Part shown: piece after piece, positions 47,952 through 61,500 of the stretch | Layout of the letters: every line of letters starts with the position of its first letter | How positions within the stretch are numbered: the first letter of the stretch is position 1 | Origin: Camelus dromedarius | Taxonomy: Eukaryota | DNA length: 64,000 bases | Assembly: GCF_036321535.1 (NCBI RefSeq) | Contig: NC_087436.1 | Coordinates: 69,256,001-69,320,000, forward strand | Direction of reading: 5' to 3' | Made by a program: the position numbers and the translations under genes | The notes under the pieces: model-generated | Told to the model about the DNA's origin: nothing | The model's input: only the letters and a program-made list of their open reading frames with translations | Databases searched by the model: none

Positions 47952-50900
47952 AAAGGAGTATGGAAGAAGTGATTCCTGCTCTCAAGGATGACGTTGAAGA
48001 GTTCAAGAATTCAGTGGAGGAAGAAATTGCAGATGAGGCAGGAACATCAGGAGAACTAGAATCAGATGTGGAGCCTGACTATGTGACTAAGTTGCTGCAA
48101 TTTCATGATAGAAGTAACAGGTGAGGAGTTGCTTCTTATGGATGAGCAAAGTGATTCCTTCTGATGGAAGCGACTCCTGGTACAAATGCTGTGAAGATAG
48201 TTAAGTAAAAACATAGGATTTAGAGTATGACATAAACTTAGTTGACAAAGTGACAACAGGGTTTGAGAAGACTGACTCCAATTTTGAAAGAAGTTCTTGT
48301 GGGCATAAAATAGCATCAAACAGCATTGCATGCTATAGCGATATCATTCGTGAAAGGTAGAGTCAATTGATGTGGCAAACTTCAATGCTGTCTCATTTAA
48401 GAAATGGCTACAGCCCCCTTAGTCTTAAGCACCACCACTCTGATCGGTTGCTAGTTATAAACATTGAGGCAAGACTCTCCACCAGCAAAAATTGTGACTC
48501 ACTGAAGTCTCGTATGATGATTAGCATTTCAGGGCAAAAATTATTTTTTAAACTAGTGGATGCCCATTGTTTTTTGGCAGAAAGCTTCTGCACCCTTAAG
48601 AAACTAAAATGGAGTAATTTTATATGCACTGAGAAACCCCGTAAGTTTCTGTGACTCATTTTATTGTGATGTTTGCTTTGTTGTGGTAGTCCAGAACCAA
48701 ATTTACAATATCTTCAAAGTATGCCTGTAATTAGTTCAGAATACTAAGATAAATTCATAATAATTTAAGATTGGCTCAAAATCCAATGACAGGTGTCCTT
48801 CTGAGAAGGAAGATGGAGGAGGATGAGAGATGCACAAAAGGAAATGTGACATGAAGACAGGCACAGAGATTGGAGAGAGCTACAGACAAGGAACACAAGC
48901 ATTGTCAGCAGCCACCAGAAGCTAAGAGAGTGGTATGGAATGAACACTTTCCCAAACACTCAAGGAGGTCTGGACACTGACGACACTTGATTTCAGACCT
49001 CTGTCCTCCAGAACTGTGGAAAAATAAATTTCTGTTGTTGTCAGCTATCAGATTTGAAGTAATTCGATACAGCAGCCCTAGAGACCCGATACACAGTGCA
49101 TCTACTTGGCTTTTCCCACTGTGACAGCCCTCATCCCACAGGCCAGTGATGCAATTAGTGAGTTGTGCCCTCGACAAAGTGAATGTATTCAAGTATACAT
49201 TTAGGGACTGAGAACATCATCATTGTTTCAAGATGCTGTTGTCATTTTGGGAAGGATTTGAGGGAATCATTAACGTGTACACTTACGGTGATGGTACAAG
49301 TTTCTTTCTCTGACAGTCCCACTCCCTTCATTAGTCAGTGGATCAGGACAATCCTCAGGTCCCAAAACTTCTCAAGTGAATATGATTTTAAGGAAACAAT
49401 CATCCTCTAACTCTGAGACCTATCTTTCAACCCTTCTGATAGTATAGACACAGCAATTCCTTCTTGGTCGTCTGTCTATTCTGTTTCTAGGGCTGCCTGC
49501 TCTATCACCATATCCACAGCTCTTCATGGGTTAAGCCTGCCTGGCTGCCACCCCAACCATATTGTTCACCGTGATCACTGTGACCACCTGACTTCTGATT
49601 ATTGATGGCTCCTACTGGTCTCTGTTACTTTTGTATTTGATTTTAATTAGCATAATGAGCTAAGTTTTATAATTACCAACAATCCTGCCCCTCAGAGAAT
49701 AACCACCCTGAACATCTTATAGCTTCAGTAAAGACTCCTTTTGTGGATTTTACTGACATAAAAAGCATATCTATCTTTATATGTCTACTACCCTAAGCCT
49801 TTGGGTTCCTTCTTCCACTGTTTGCCATGACATTTCCAGCACATCAGTTTTACTTCCTGAGGACCATCATTGTTGCCAAGTTTCTACAGACATCATGGTA
49901 GTCTGTTCCCACCATCTCCTGGAGTCTGAATGCAGGTAGTAATTATACTGTGTCCTGAGAGAGTGCTTGAAAATTTTAAAAATGCTCCCTTATACACCTT
50001 TATGTTGACTTTCCTCAAGTCTGTCCCTGAGTGTACAATTCCATATATAATCTCCCAGTTCCTGCTAGTAAATTTTGGATGGGTTCTTCAGTTCTTTTGA
50101 GTTATACTGTCTTTCCTTCCTTAGTAGGTCCAGCTTATAGCTGACTGTATTGCAGTGTGACTTTACTCTTGTTATTGGCTTGTGTTCAAGAGGGGAGATA
50201 AGAGCAGACCCTGAGAAGGACACATGATGTCCTGTGGGGTAGAGGACGCTCTGTCATCCTCCCACAATGGCGAGGTGCTATCATCCCTTCACAGAGAGGA
50301 GTGGGACACTTCTGAGGACTCGAAGGGCTCAGGGGCATCTAGGAATTCAAGATTCTCACTAACTGTTTATCAGATGCCTTGCCATTCTGCCTACCACAAG
50401 TAGGGTCCTGATCTTGGAAACATTTCAGACTAGGTCTGACTTTAAGTAGAACAGGAAATGTCTTATTTTAAAATAAAAGAAAAAACTTTTTTGGTGAGGA
50501 AATTCTGCAAAGGACGAGAATCTCTTTATATGCTGCCAAGCAGGTCTTCTGCCTTTCTTACTCACCACTCACGTAATACGGTGGTTTAAAGGCTTCACTC
50601 TATCATTATATTTTTTCAAAGAACTAATTCTCTAGAGCAAAACTTTATCTCCATTTTCCTCATCATTTTTCTGTATAACAAAAAGCTACTGTGTCACAAT
50701 AACTAGTACCTGTTCTTCCAACACTATAAGGTCCCAGTTCACCATGACTAATATCATTAGAAATTTCACGGTTACCAGAGTCCTGGGTTTATCTTAATAC
50801 AGTAGAGTATTAGGTGTTTCATTGTTTTATCTATTCCATTTTTATTTCAGCATTTGTTAAAAAATCTTACTTCTGTGATTGTAAAATATATACGTATGTA

Positions 50901-52130
50901 TGTGTATATTATATGAAATTAAAATTTAAAAAGATTTTATATTTTGTTAAGAGTAGTGAAGAAAGGGAAGTATGATAATTTCCAATTGAAAATATATCAA
51001 CCACTCTAGAGAGCTTGTACACATAACCTCGACGTTTGTGATGCTCTAGACCTCCCTCCAACTGACACTTATCCACTATATTAATATTCTTCGGCCTTGT
51101 TTATTTAAAGTGCTATGTATGCACTTTGTTCTTCATGAATTATAATGCATCTGTTATTGGTGTAAAGCCAACCATCCTGAACCTTACTCCTTTATGTTAC
51201 CTCATTTTATAATAATGAAAAAGTTAATGGATATCTTGCCTTTGGTATAAAATGAACAAAGATTCAACTATAATTTTAAACAGTCCTTTAGAAGAGCACA
51301 GTATTTTATTGCCAGAATAAATGATTTTGCATTGTGGTAAATTACTGCTTTGACTACATGATTTAGATCTGAAAACAAACAACATTAGTGTTTACAGTTT
51401 TGAAAAAATTATACATTAAAGCATTATAATTTTTTAATTATTTCAAAACCTCGTAAAATTAAAAAAATCTTTTTTTCCTATATCTTTTCATAGTTAGTTG
51501 CCCATCTAAGAACAAGTTTATATTTAACTTGCTCTTAATTGTGCCATTATTACTGTCAAAACCAGAAAATTGTGGAAATGATTTATATTTGTTCTAAGAT
51601 AGAGCTGTAATTTTGGTTTTCTTAAGTTTAGGTTATAATTCTCACAGTCCATGGCAATTATTTAATGAACTTGGTTACTATGTAATGCCATCACAGTTAG
51701 ATTGAATAATTTTTTGACCTCAAGGCCAAAACACTGGCAAACATACTAGAAGACAGATTTTTTAGGAAAGAAATTAAGAGACATCTTCATTTGTATTAAA
51801 ATACAACTTGTGTCTTCATGTTTACCGCAGATCTCTGGCTGATGCTTTTTAACAGAAGTCTAAGTACTTGTGCTTCATAGAGTGGTCACAATTAAGGTTC
51901 CTGAGAGAACCAGGAGAAGTGATAGGGCAAAGTAAAAGGAAGAAATGGGCAATGTCCTGAGTCTGTGATTAGATGGAAAAAATCACCCCTTTAGCAAAGA
52001 GCAGTTCTGAGAAATGGACTCTCCCCCTCAAAGTATCTGCAATGCAGCTGTAACTAGTTTGCTTCTTCTTTACAAATATTTATAAGTATAATTAATATAT
52101 GAATGAATTAAATAAAATTTCTAGTTACTT

Positions 52131-52219
52131 TATTTTTTTAATGGAGGTAGTGAGGATTGAACTCAGGACCTTGTATGTGCTAAACACACACACTACCACT
52201 GCACTTTACAACCTCTCTT
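52131..52219 (-). mobile_element. Short Vic-type SINE specific to copy B
   Basis: TTTTTTTAATGGAGGTAGTGAGGATTGAACTCAGGACCTTGTATGTGCTAAAC... flanked by TAGTTACTT on both sides. Copy A has a single TAGTTACTT (~18299-18307). Confidence 0.8.
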
Positions 52220-53000
52220 TAGTTACTTCTATAAAGTAGGTATTAAATTCCAGTTATTTGCTCCATGCTAACTTACAAAGTTCAGCTACTTCTCTGAAGC
52301 TACGAAAGTGTTACAATCCAAATGAAGAATTAACATTATTAATTTCCAAATGAAGAGCAATCTACAAATCAAAGGCGAAAAAGCGTGTTTTGTAGTGCAA
52401 GGGGGACACAGTCTGACGTGTCAGATGAAAATAAATTGATGGTATCAAGTGTGCTTTACTGTAGAGGAGAAACCCTGACAGCCTCCTGATCTCCCTGACC
52501 TGAAGGGAATCTGGCTGAGTGTGCTCTGCACTACTCTTGCCTGGTTCCTTTGGAGAACATGCAAGAACTATAACACACTGGGCCCAGGATGACGTTACGT
52601 ATTTAGAAAGTATTCAGTGTGATCAATGCTGAAAACGGAATTAACCATTTTGTTCCTAAGGCCTCAGACAACATCACAATTTGTTGAACTGAAAGCTGTG
52701 AATAAAGCACTAAGTCTTTATGGTAGCAACTCCATGTGTGTATTTGTTTATTTTCTCTTCTTAAAGAATAGGTTTTTGGGAAAGAATTTGAAACCTTAAT
52801 TCTAAATCATGTGGCACATTTCGGGGGTGAGTCTTTGATCTTTGATTTGATAAGCTGAGAAATGGACAAGAACCCTGAAGAGTAGGAGAGGAATCAGTTC
52901 AAGTCAGTGGATGGATTGATTTGTATGGGCCCCACCATGGTTTCCACCCAACTTGTTAAAAAAAGAAACAAACAAAAAATATCAACAGAAAAACCAAATC

Positions 53001-53280
53001 CTATTCTCTCTTTTTCTTCTTTGTGGTTTTACCAAACCTCGAGCAACAAAACAGGCAACATTTAGTGACCAAAAATATAATAGTTGCCACACAGGCCATC
53101 AGGAACCCAATCACATCCAAAGAGTGGTGCTGGTACCAGGAGAGGTTGTGGAGGGCTGGGCGCAGGTGCTTGGCTCCTTTGTGGCGCGTGACAAACTCGA
53201 TCCAGAAGACTGCTCGGTCCAGGGGCTTCACTGGCTGATCGTGGTGGATTCTTGATAACTTCATAGCATTCTCTTTATAG
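53001..53280 (-). CDS. UGT2C1: UGT2C1-like copy B exon 6 (coding part, 280 bp)
   Basis: Acceptor CTTCAG|C TAT AAA GAG AAT; open to TAG after KKKKRE. 11 amino-acid differences from copy A. Confidence 0.93.
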
Positions 53281-56200
53281 CTGAAGATTGAATATATGGA
53301 TAACGACTTGAAAAAACCATTAAGGATGTGGTATACCTAAAATTATGTTATATGTTATTAAAAGTATTTTAAATAGTTGTATAATAAATGATGTCATAAA
53401 TAACATCTCCAAGAGCACCAAAGCATGTGAGTTTGTTTCCTCTTGAAATATTTCTATATAGTGGTCTATCAGCTGGAATTTTTTGGATGCTTCATACTGT
53501 AAATAACAATTGGAGTTAGGGGAGAAAAGAACTTCTATTGGAAATAGCGTTTTCAAAGTTCAGATATAGGAATATGAATACAGCATTTTACCCTCATTTG
53601 CTGAGGGGGTGGTATTGAGAACATGATAGTGACAGGAAGCAGCACTGAGGGCAGGTCTGTGAGAGAGGAACCCTTCCCCCACCCCTCCACCTTCCCCAGG
53701 TTTGATCTGGAGTGAGGGTGTTAACAAGAAGCTAGTGTTCAACAGCATCAGGTAATGGTTTCCCTCCATGATCTTCATGGCCCTGACATTTCAGATGAAA
53801 ACAGAAAACTTAATGTCACCCAATGGGCAAGAAGTAGGTCCCTAGAGTGAGTAGATGCTGGAATCTTTGCTTCAGGCTACAGAGGGATGCAAGCGCCAGT
53901 GGTGAGATGGGAAATGGCAAGAGCCAGAACACAAACCCTCTGCCTTCTGTCAAGGGACAAAAGACCAGGCCAGGGTTTTGTGTTGAGGTTTTGGATGGCA
54001 GACCTAGAAGAAGAATTTCCTTGGATATATGAAGGAGGTGTAGGAGACAGGTGATTCTTCCACACTTCAAGTGCCATGATCATTTAACTTATAAATCATT
54101 GAACTGCAGAAAATGGAAAACAGCATGTAGAAAGTTCTGAGGAGAATTGTGATCCAAAAAAACAAAAATCTTATAGAAAGCCCTGTTGCCCTTTGGTTTA
54201 AGAAAAATAAGGCAGGGCTTTGTTAATACACAAGAATTTAAGGAATAAGTACGTCTGCATATATCTCAGGGATCAAGGAAACAACAGCAACAGAAGCTCC
54301 AAAAATAGAAATAAAGTATTTGTCAGATGAAAAATTAGTACGAACAAAACCTGACAGGTACAGAAAGACTGTACTAAAACAAACGGTGCATCATTAAATC
54401 CATATAAATACAAAAGTAGGGCTAAAATGTATTGGGAAGTGTGATCATAGACAATGTTGTATGTTGTAAGCCTTGATAATGTTATAATGATTATACATCA
54501 AGCAATAATTGAGCTGTGATATAGAAGAGAGAAATGGAAAGTTGAGAAGCGGCTTCCTAGAGAAAAGTCATTCAGTATTGGCCAAAATTGGAAATAGTTT
54601 AAAAATAATTATTTTAGTCTCTAATGTCAATATTTATTCATAGATGTCTATGAAATTTTTAGTAAGAATTTATCTGATATTAAAAGAAGTATTTATCCAA
54701 AGCCTGGAAAGTATTATTATTTTGATATAGTTTCTTTTTTTCCTCCAAGATTATATTTATTAGATTTATTTGAAATACAATAACAGAAATGTAACCATTC
54801 CATATTGAGAATTTATTTATTTTTGATCACAGCTCATCGCCATGTTGTACAAAGTTCCCTAGAACTTGTTCATTTTATTACTGAAAGTTTGACCCTTTGA
54901 CCAATATTTCTCTACTCCCTGAACCCCTAGTCCCTGGTAAACACCACTCTACTTTCTGTTTCTATGCATTCGCCCCTTTAGATTATACATAAAAGTGACA
55001 CACAGTATCTGTCTTTCTTTGTCTGACTTGCTTAGCATAATGCCATGTTGTCACAAATGGCAGGATTTCCCTCATTCCTATAGCTGAATGATATTCCTTG
55101 ATAAACATACACCACATCTTCTTTACGTATTCATCCATAGACAGACAGGCTATTTTCATATCTTAGTTATTGTGAATAAAGCTGCAGTGATCATGTGAGT
55201 GCAGATATCTCCTTCATATTCTATTTTCATTTCCTTGAGTCATAATGCCAGTAGTGGGATTGCTGGGTAATGTAGTAGTTCTATTTTTAATGTTTTGGGG
55301 AACGTGCATACTGTTTTCCATAGTGTCTGCAGCAATTTCTATTCCCATCAGCAGTGCCCTAGAATTCCCTTTCTTCACAGACGCACCACCCTGGATATAC
55401 CTAGTGTTTTGATGCTGGCCTATCTGACAGGTGTGAGGTGATGTCTCACTGTGGTTTTGATTTGCTTTTCCTGATGCTTGGTGATGTCAGGCCCCCTTTC
55501 ATGTACTTGTGGGCCATTTGTATGTCTTTGGGAAAATATCTATTCAGTAACTCTGGTCTTTTGAGAACATTCTTTTGGCTTAGAGTTAAATGAGTTTTTT
55601 ATATTTTGTGTATGAAGTGCTGATCAGATATGACGTTTGAAAATATTTTCTCTCATTTTGTAGGTTGCCTTTCATTTTTTAGAGAATTTTATTTTCTGTG
55701 CAGAAGTGGTAAGTGTGATGTAGACTCATTTGTTGATTTCCACTTTTGTTCTTTGTGCTATTGCTGTCATTTCCAAAATATTGTTGCAAAGACCCTTATT
55801 CAAGGAGCCTTTTTCTCTGTTTCCTTCTAGGGCTTTTTATGGTTTCAGGTCTTCTGTTTAAGTCTTTAGTTCATTTCCAGTTAATTTTGGTAAGTGATGT
55901 CAGATAGGGGCCCAAATTCATTCTCCTTTATGTGATTATCCAGTTTCCCCAGTACCAGTCATCTGTCAATGGACATTTAGGTTGCTTCTATGTCTTGGCT
56001 ATTGTCAGTAGTGCTGTTATGAACATCAGGGTGCATGTATCTTTTCAAATTAGAGTTTCCTCCAGGTATATACCTAGAAGTGGAATTGCTGGATCATATG
56101 GTAAGTCTATTTATAGTGTTTTAAGGAATCTCCATAGAATTTTCCATAGTGACTTCACCAAATGCATTCCCACCAATAGTGTAGAATGGTTCCCTTTTCT

Positions 56201-56880
56201 TCACACCCTCTCCAACATTTATAAATTGATTAATTATACATAATCAGCAGTACATAGTTAATATCAAATATGATTGTCTTGTACTTAAATTCTATGAAGG
56301 AATTTTGTCATGTACTGTCCCTGAGCAGTAGATTGTAACTTCAAAGAAATATTAAACTTATTTAAAGAAATTAAGCTATTGTTACAGAGACACAATCTTT
56401 TCTTATTATTGATAGTTTTTTCTTTTCAAAACAGAAAAATATCATATGATATCACTTATATGTGGAATCAAAAAATGGCAAAACTGAACATATTTTCAAA
56501 ACAGAAAGAAACTCACAGACATAGAAAACAAACTTATGGTTACCAGGGGGATGATGAGAAGGGGACCAATTGGGAATTTGGGATTTGAAGTCACTAATGG
56601 CTATAAACAGATAGAGAAACAGCAAGGTTGTACTGTATAGCACAGTGAACTATATTCAATATCTTATAATACCCTATAATAAAAAAGACTATGAAAAGGA
56701 ATATATATATATGTATACACATAACTGAACCACTATTGTGTACACCAAAATCTAGAAAACATTGTAAACCAACTATACTTAATAGAAAAATTTAAAAAGT
56801 AATTAATTGAATTGAATGAAACAGTTCACTCCTATTAAAAAACAGGATGACTCTCAGAAAAGAATATATTGTATACTCAC

Positions 56881-57100
56881 GAAGGGTTGTTAATAACCTC
56901 CTTCAAAGCATGAAGCAGATCAGATCTTGTCATTGTGGGCAAGTCTACTTCAACAGCTGCCCCTTTGGCTTTTACACGAGCAACATTATCATGCTGATCA
57001 CCAAACATGGGAATTCCCACCATAGGCACCCCATGGTAAATAGCTTCATAGACCCCATTGGTTCCACTGTGAGTGATAAAAGCTCTGGTTTGGGGATGGC
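56881..57100 (-). CDS. UGT2C1: UGT2C1-like copy B exon 5 (220 bp)
   Basis: Same splice sites as copy A. One coding difference seen: AGT>AGA (Ser>Arg) at 56925. Confidence 0.94.
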
Positions 57101-58470
57101 CTAAAAAGAAAAAGAAAATCATTATTCTGTGTTGTATGTGTTTCAGAAACAAAAAAACATGACCGCTGTATACGTCACCAATTCAATTAGGCAGCATTTC
57201 CTATGCAATTCTGTGCCCTGTGGCTTTGTATATATTCCTATAGGCTCCAAAGAAAGTGGCAGCTAATGATTCCAGGCTGAGCAGCAATGAATGATTCTAG
57301 CAATTAAGTCATTCCACAAAACCCTGAAGGTTTGTGCAGAGGGAACTGATGGGGAGCAGTTGCCATGGACAAGTTGTTGGGAAAATACATCAATCAAAAG
57401 GAATGAAGGGATTTCAGAAAACAAATGCTTGTGTGGATGGGGAAGAGGAGCTGAGATGTGCAGAGTTTCAATGTGAGAATGTGGGCATAACAGGCTAGAA
57501 AGGTAGACTAGGGCAAGATCCTGAGGTACTGTAAGAACATGGGATTTTGCACATGATGTTACATTAGTATGGAACCATGAATAATATCGCAGATGGTGAA
57601 CGGAATTGTCAGGTTTTTTTTTTTCACAAATTTATAGTGGGGAGGAGAGAAAAGAGGTGGGAGGGAATGGATAGAGAGATTCAGGAGGCAGCTGAAATAC
57701 TCTGCAAAATTTCGTGAGAGACTGTTCGAAAGGGACATTCATTGATTCTGAGGAGGGAGGTTGTATCATCAATGGGGAATTATAAATTCCACATTTATGT
57801 CAGACCTTGAGAAAAATTCTGTTCACAACCAAACCCTAGTCAGATTTCTCTGAACTCTCTTCCCCACTGGGTCCTGATATGGAGCTTCTTTGTTTATCTC
57901 TGCTTTGCCCAGTTTAGTAAGAATCCTACGAAGCCAGTTTAGCTAGACTCCACCATCCTTGATGTCCAGTCACCCTTTATAGCTGTTGCGTCATTCTTCA
58001 CAATCCCTCAGATGATGTTTGACCACCCTAGCTTGCCATTGGCAAGAATCAGATTAGGTCAGTTTTGCCGGAGCCCCCTTTGTCCCTGATGTCTCCTCTT
58101 AGTAACTTTCCACCCAGTGGTACCCAATTTTGCTCTTTGGCTATAAATTTCCCAATTTTCCTGTTTGTATTCAGAGTTGAGTCCAATCTCTCTGTCTCAC
58201 TGTCAAAGTCCACTGCAGTAGGATGTAAACTTAACATGATGGTTTTGAATAAACTGTGTCTTCCAGTCTTTAACAAGTGTCTGGAAGATTTTTCCTTAAC
58301 AAGCCCCAGAAGAAAGGTGATGAAGATGTTAAGGGTGGTTTTTTGGTTGTTTTTTTTTTTTTTTTTCGCTTATTTTGAATTCAAATTTGTTGAATTTTTT
58401 TTTTTAACTGAGGAATCATTTAGCTTATCCCTCATTGAACTCTGTGCAAATTTCTCCTCTGTGGTCTTAC

Positions 58471-58558
58471 CAAGAAGATCATTTTGCGGAATCCATTCAT
58501 ACAGCCGGGTATTGGCTCCGAGTGTATCTGGTTTCTTTCCTGTGTATCTCCACAGAAC
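58471..58558 (-). CDS. UGT2C1: UGT2C1-like copy B exon 4 (88 bp)
   Basis: Appears identical to copy A exon 4, with intact AG/GT. Confidence 0.94.
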
Positions 58559-61500
58559 CTGTTAAGATACATGCCTTTACTCAATTAGAAGACTTTTAGA
58601 ATCACATCCTGTCAGAAGGAGGCAGTTAACTTAGAATTAATCTAGTTCGATGTCACCAGGTTATAGATGAGAAACTGAGGCCCTAAGTGATTAAGTAATG
58701 AATGTTTCTAAACCATGGACGCTACAATCATGTTTTCAAATGCTTGGAATAATCCTAATAGATCGGCTATCAACATGAGATGGATTCTAATTTAGTAGAG
58801 GAAGGCAATCTGTATCTGAGACAACTACATATTGGTGTCGCTAGGCCATTGTGGTAGAGGAGATTTTTGAAAGAATGTTTTCAGAGGCAAAAGGGAGGGA
58901 TGTTACCTACCTCACTAAGAAAGTGTTAGTGCTTTGACCTTTGTAATACATTGGCAGTAACACAGAAGCAAGCATTGCCTTTCTATCTTTGTAAGTATTG
59001 TAAGTTTAGAATTTGGTGGCGTTCAATAGATCAACAATGTTGTATAACCATTAGCACTATCTATATCCCAAATGTCTTCTTCATCTGAAGCATAAACTCT
59101 GCCATTTAGCAAAAACGTCCTGTTCCCTGCCCTCCCTAGTCTGGTAACCTCTATTCTTCCCGTCTCCATGAACTTGACCGCTCTAGGTACCACATATACT
59201 GGAAGCATACAGTAATTGTCCTTTTCTGATTTAGCATTATTTCACTTAGCATTGTCTTCAAGGTTCATGCATGTGTAACATATCAAAATCACCTTTCTTT
59301 TTTAGGTGGAAAAATATCCCATTGTGTGTATATATAACACTTCCTTTATCCATTCAGTTTTTGATTGTAGATAATGTTGCTGTGACCATCGGTGTACAAG
59401 CATCTGTTGAGGCCCTGATTTCAGTCCCTTTGACAGATAGCCAGGATTAGAGTTATTGGGTCATATGAGAGCTCTATGTTTAACTCTGTGGGGGACCACG
59501 GACATGTTTTCCAGAGCAGATACCTCACTGTGCACCCTTACCAGCAATGCGTGAGGCCGCACGTCTCCACATTCTCACCAGTACTTGATAGTTTCCATTT
59601 TTTGATAATAGCTATTCTAATGAGTGAAGCAGTATCTCTTTGTGCTTTTGATTTGCATGTCCCTAATGATGAATGATGCTGGACACCTTTTCATGTACTT
59701 TTTGACCATTTGTATGCCTCCTCTGGAGAAAAGTCTGTTCAAGTACTTTCCCATTTTTCAACTGGTTTTTTTTGTTGTTGTTGTTGTTGAGTTGTAGGAG
59801 TTCTTTATAAACTGTGCACATTCATTCTTTATCATAACCACGATTTGCAAATATTTTCTCCCAATCTGTACATTGTATTTCACTTTCTTGATAGTATCTT
59901 TTGATGCAAAATTTCTCTTCCTTTGATGTAATTCAATTTATTTATTTTTTTCTTTTCTTACTTGTGCTTTTTTGTGTCATACTTATTGAAATCATAGCAA
60001 AATCCAAAGTGATGAAGTTTTCCTTTAGGGATATTTTGTAAAAGTGTTACTGTTTTAATTCTAAAGTTTCACTCTCTGAACTACCTTGAGTTTATTTTTG
60101 TATGTGATATAAGATACATGTCGAGTTTCCTTCTTTATCATGTAGATATCAAGATTTTCTTGGCTAGTCTTTCCTTTTTTTTCTCATAAATGGTTTCTCT
60201 GTAAATTGTTGCTATTTTGGTGCCTGAGGGAAGAGGTGAGCTGAGGGTCTTCCTTCTGTGCCATCTTGGCAACATTTCTTTCATATCCTCTCAAATCAAT
60301 CAAACGAGGACACTTCTTCACATCATACACAAAAATAAACTCAAAATGGCTTAATGGCAAATATCAAGTATGATACCAGAAAACTCCCAGAAGAGAACGT
60401 AAGCAAAACATTCTCTGACATAAATCATATCAATACTTTCTTAGATCTGTCTTCCAAGGCAATAGAAATAAAAGCAATAATAATCAAATGAGACGTCATC
60501 AACTGTGTAAGCATTTGCACAGCAAAGGAAACCATAAGGAAAACAAAAGGACAAACTAGGAGTGGGAGAAACTACTTGCAAATGACATGACCGACAAAGA
60601 CTTAACTTCCAAAATACACAAGTAGTTCATAAAACTAAAAACAGAAAAACAAACAAACACAAAAAATCTCAAAAAATAGACAGAAGATCTAAATGGACAT
60701 TCATTCAAAGAAAACATGTACATGGCCAAAAGTCACACTAAAAGATGCTCAAGATCGAGAAATGCAAATCAGAACCACAATGAGGTATCACCTCACATAG
60801 ATCAAAATGGCCATCATTGGAAAATCTACAAATAATTGCTGGAGAAGGTGTGGGGAAAAGGGAACCCTCCTACGCTGTTGGATGGAATGACAATTAGTGC
60901 AGCCATTATACAGAATGGTATAGATGTTCCCTAAAAAACAAAATAGAGTCATCATATGATCTAAAAATTCCACTGTTGGGCATACATCTGTAGAAGACAA
61001 AAATTCTATTTTGAAAACACACATGCACCCCGTTGGTCATCGCAGCACTATTTATAGTAGCCAAGACATGGAAGCAACCTAAGAGTCCATTAACAGACGA
61101 AAGGATAAAGAAGATATGGTGTGAATATATACACAATAGAATACAACTCAGCCATGAATAGAATGAAATGATTCCATTTGCAGCAGTATGGATGGACCTA
61201 GAGATTGTCACAGAGGGTTAAGTAAGTCAGACAGATAAAGGCAAATATTACATATCAATTATATTTGAAAAAATTTTTAAATTATGTAAATGAACTTATT
61301 TATAAAACAGAGGTGGACTTATAGATGTAGAAAACAAACTTCTGGTTACCAAATTGGAAGGCGAATGGGAGAGATAAATTGGGAGTGTGGGTTTAACAGA
61401 TGCAGACTGCCACATGTAAAACAGATGAATAACCAGGATTTACTCTATAGTACAGGGAACCGTGTATTCAATATTTTGCAGTAAAGAAGAATTGGAAAAG

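Larger units (their letters stand above)
43285..48727 (+). mobile_element. Tigger1 DNA transposon, about full length (~2.4 kb net), split by an L1
   Basis: Termini CACGCATACCTTGTTTTATTGTGCTTTGC and TTCAAAGTATGCCTG|TA. Degraded transposase (MKVQDEAESAGGEAAASYPEGLAKI...QQIFNAGETALCWKKMP). The Tigger sequence continues across the L1. Confidence 0.9.
43190..49092 (+). mobile_element. MLT1-type LTR split by Tigger1 (pieces ~43190-43284 and 48728-49092)
   Basis: 5' piece: GGGTTTGAATAGCGGACCCCCAAATATGTCTAAGTGCTAACCCC...GACCTTAAATGGAAA. 3' piece: AAATCCAATGACAGGTGTCCTT...CCAGAACTGTGGAAAAATAAATTTCTGTTGTT...ACAGCAGCCCTAGAGACCCGATACA. Confidence 0.8.
41700..50720. mobile_element. Degenerate ERVL/MaLR internal-like sequence (~41700-43190 and ~49093-50720) surrounding the MLT1/Tigger1/L1 nest
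   Basis: By-eye resemblance to decayed retroviral internal sequence on both sides of the MLT1 LTR. No intact ORF. Confidence 0.4.
51170..54120 (+). repeat. Diverged part of the duplication (paralogous to ~17420-20242)
   Basis: Collinear, but with frequent substitutions, indels and copy-specific insertions. Confidence 0.9.

Noticed and set aside
43790..48400. Domesticated Tigger transposase gene
   Set aside because: The frame has multiple stops and frameshifts and is split by an L1.
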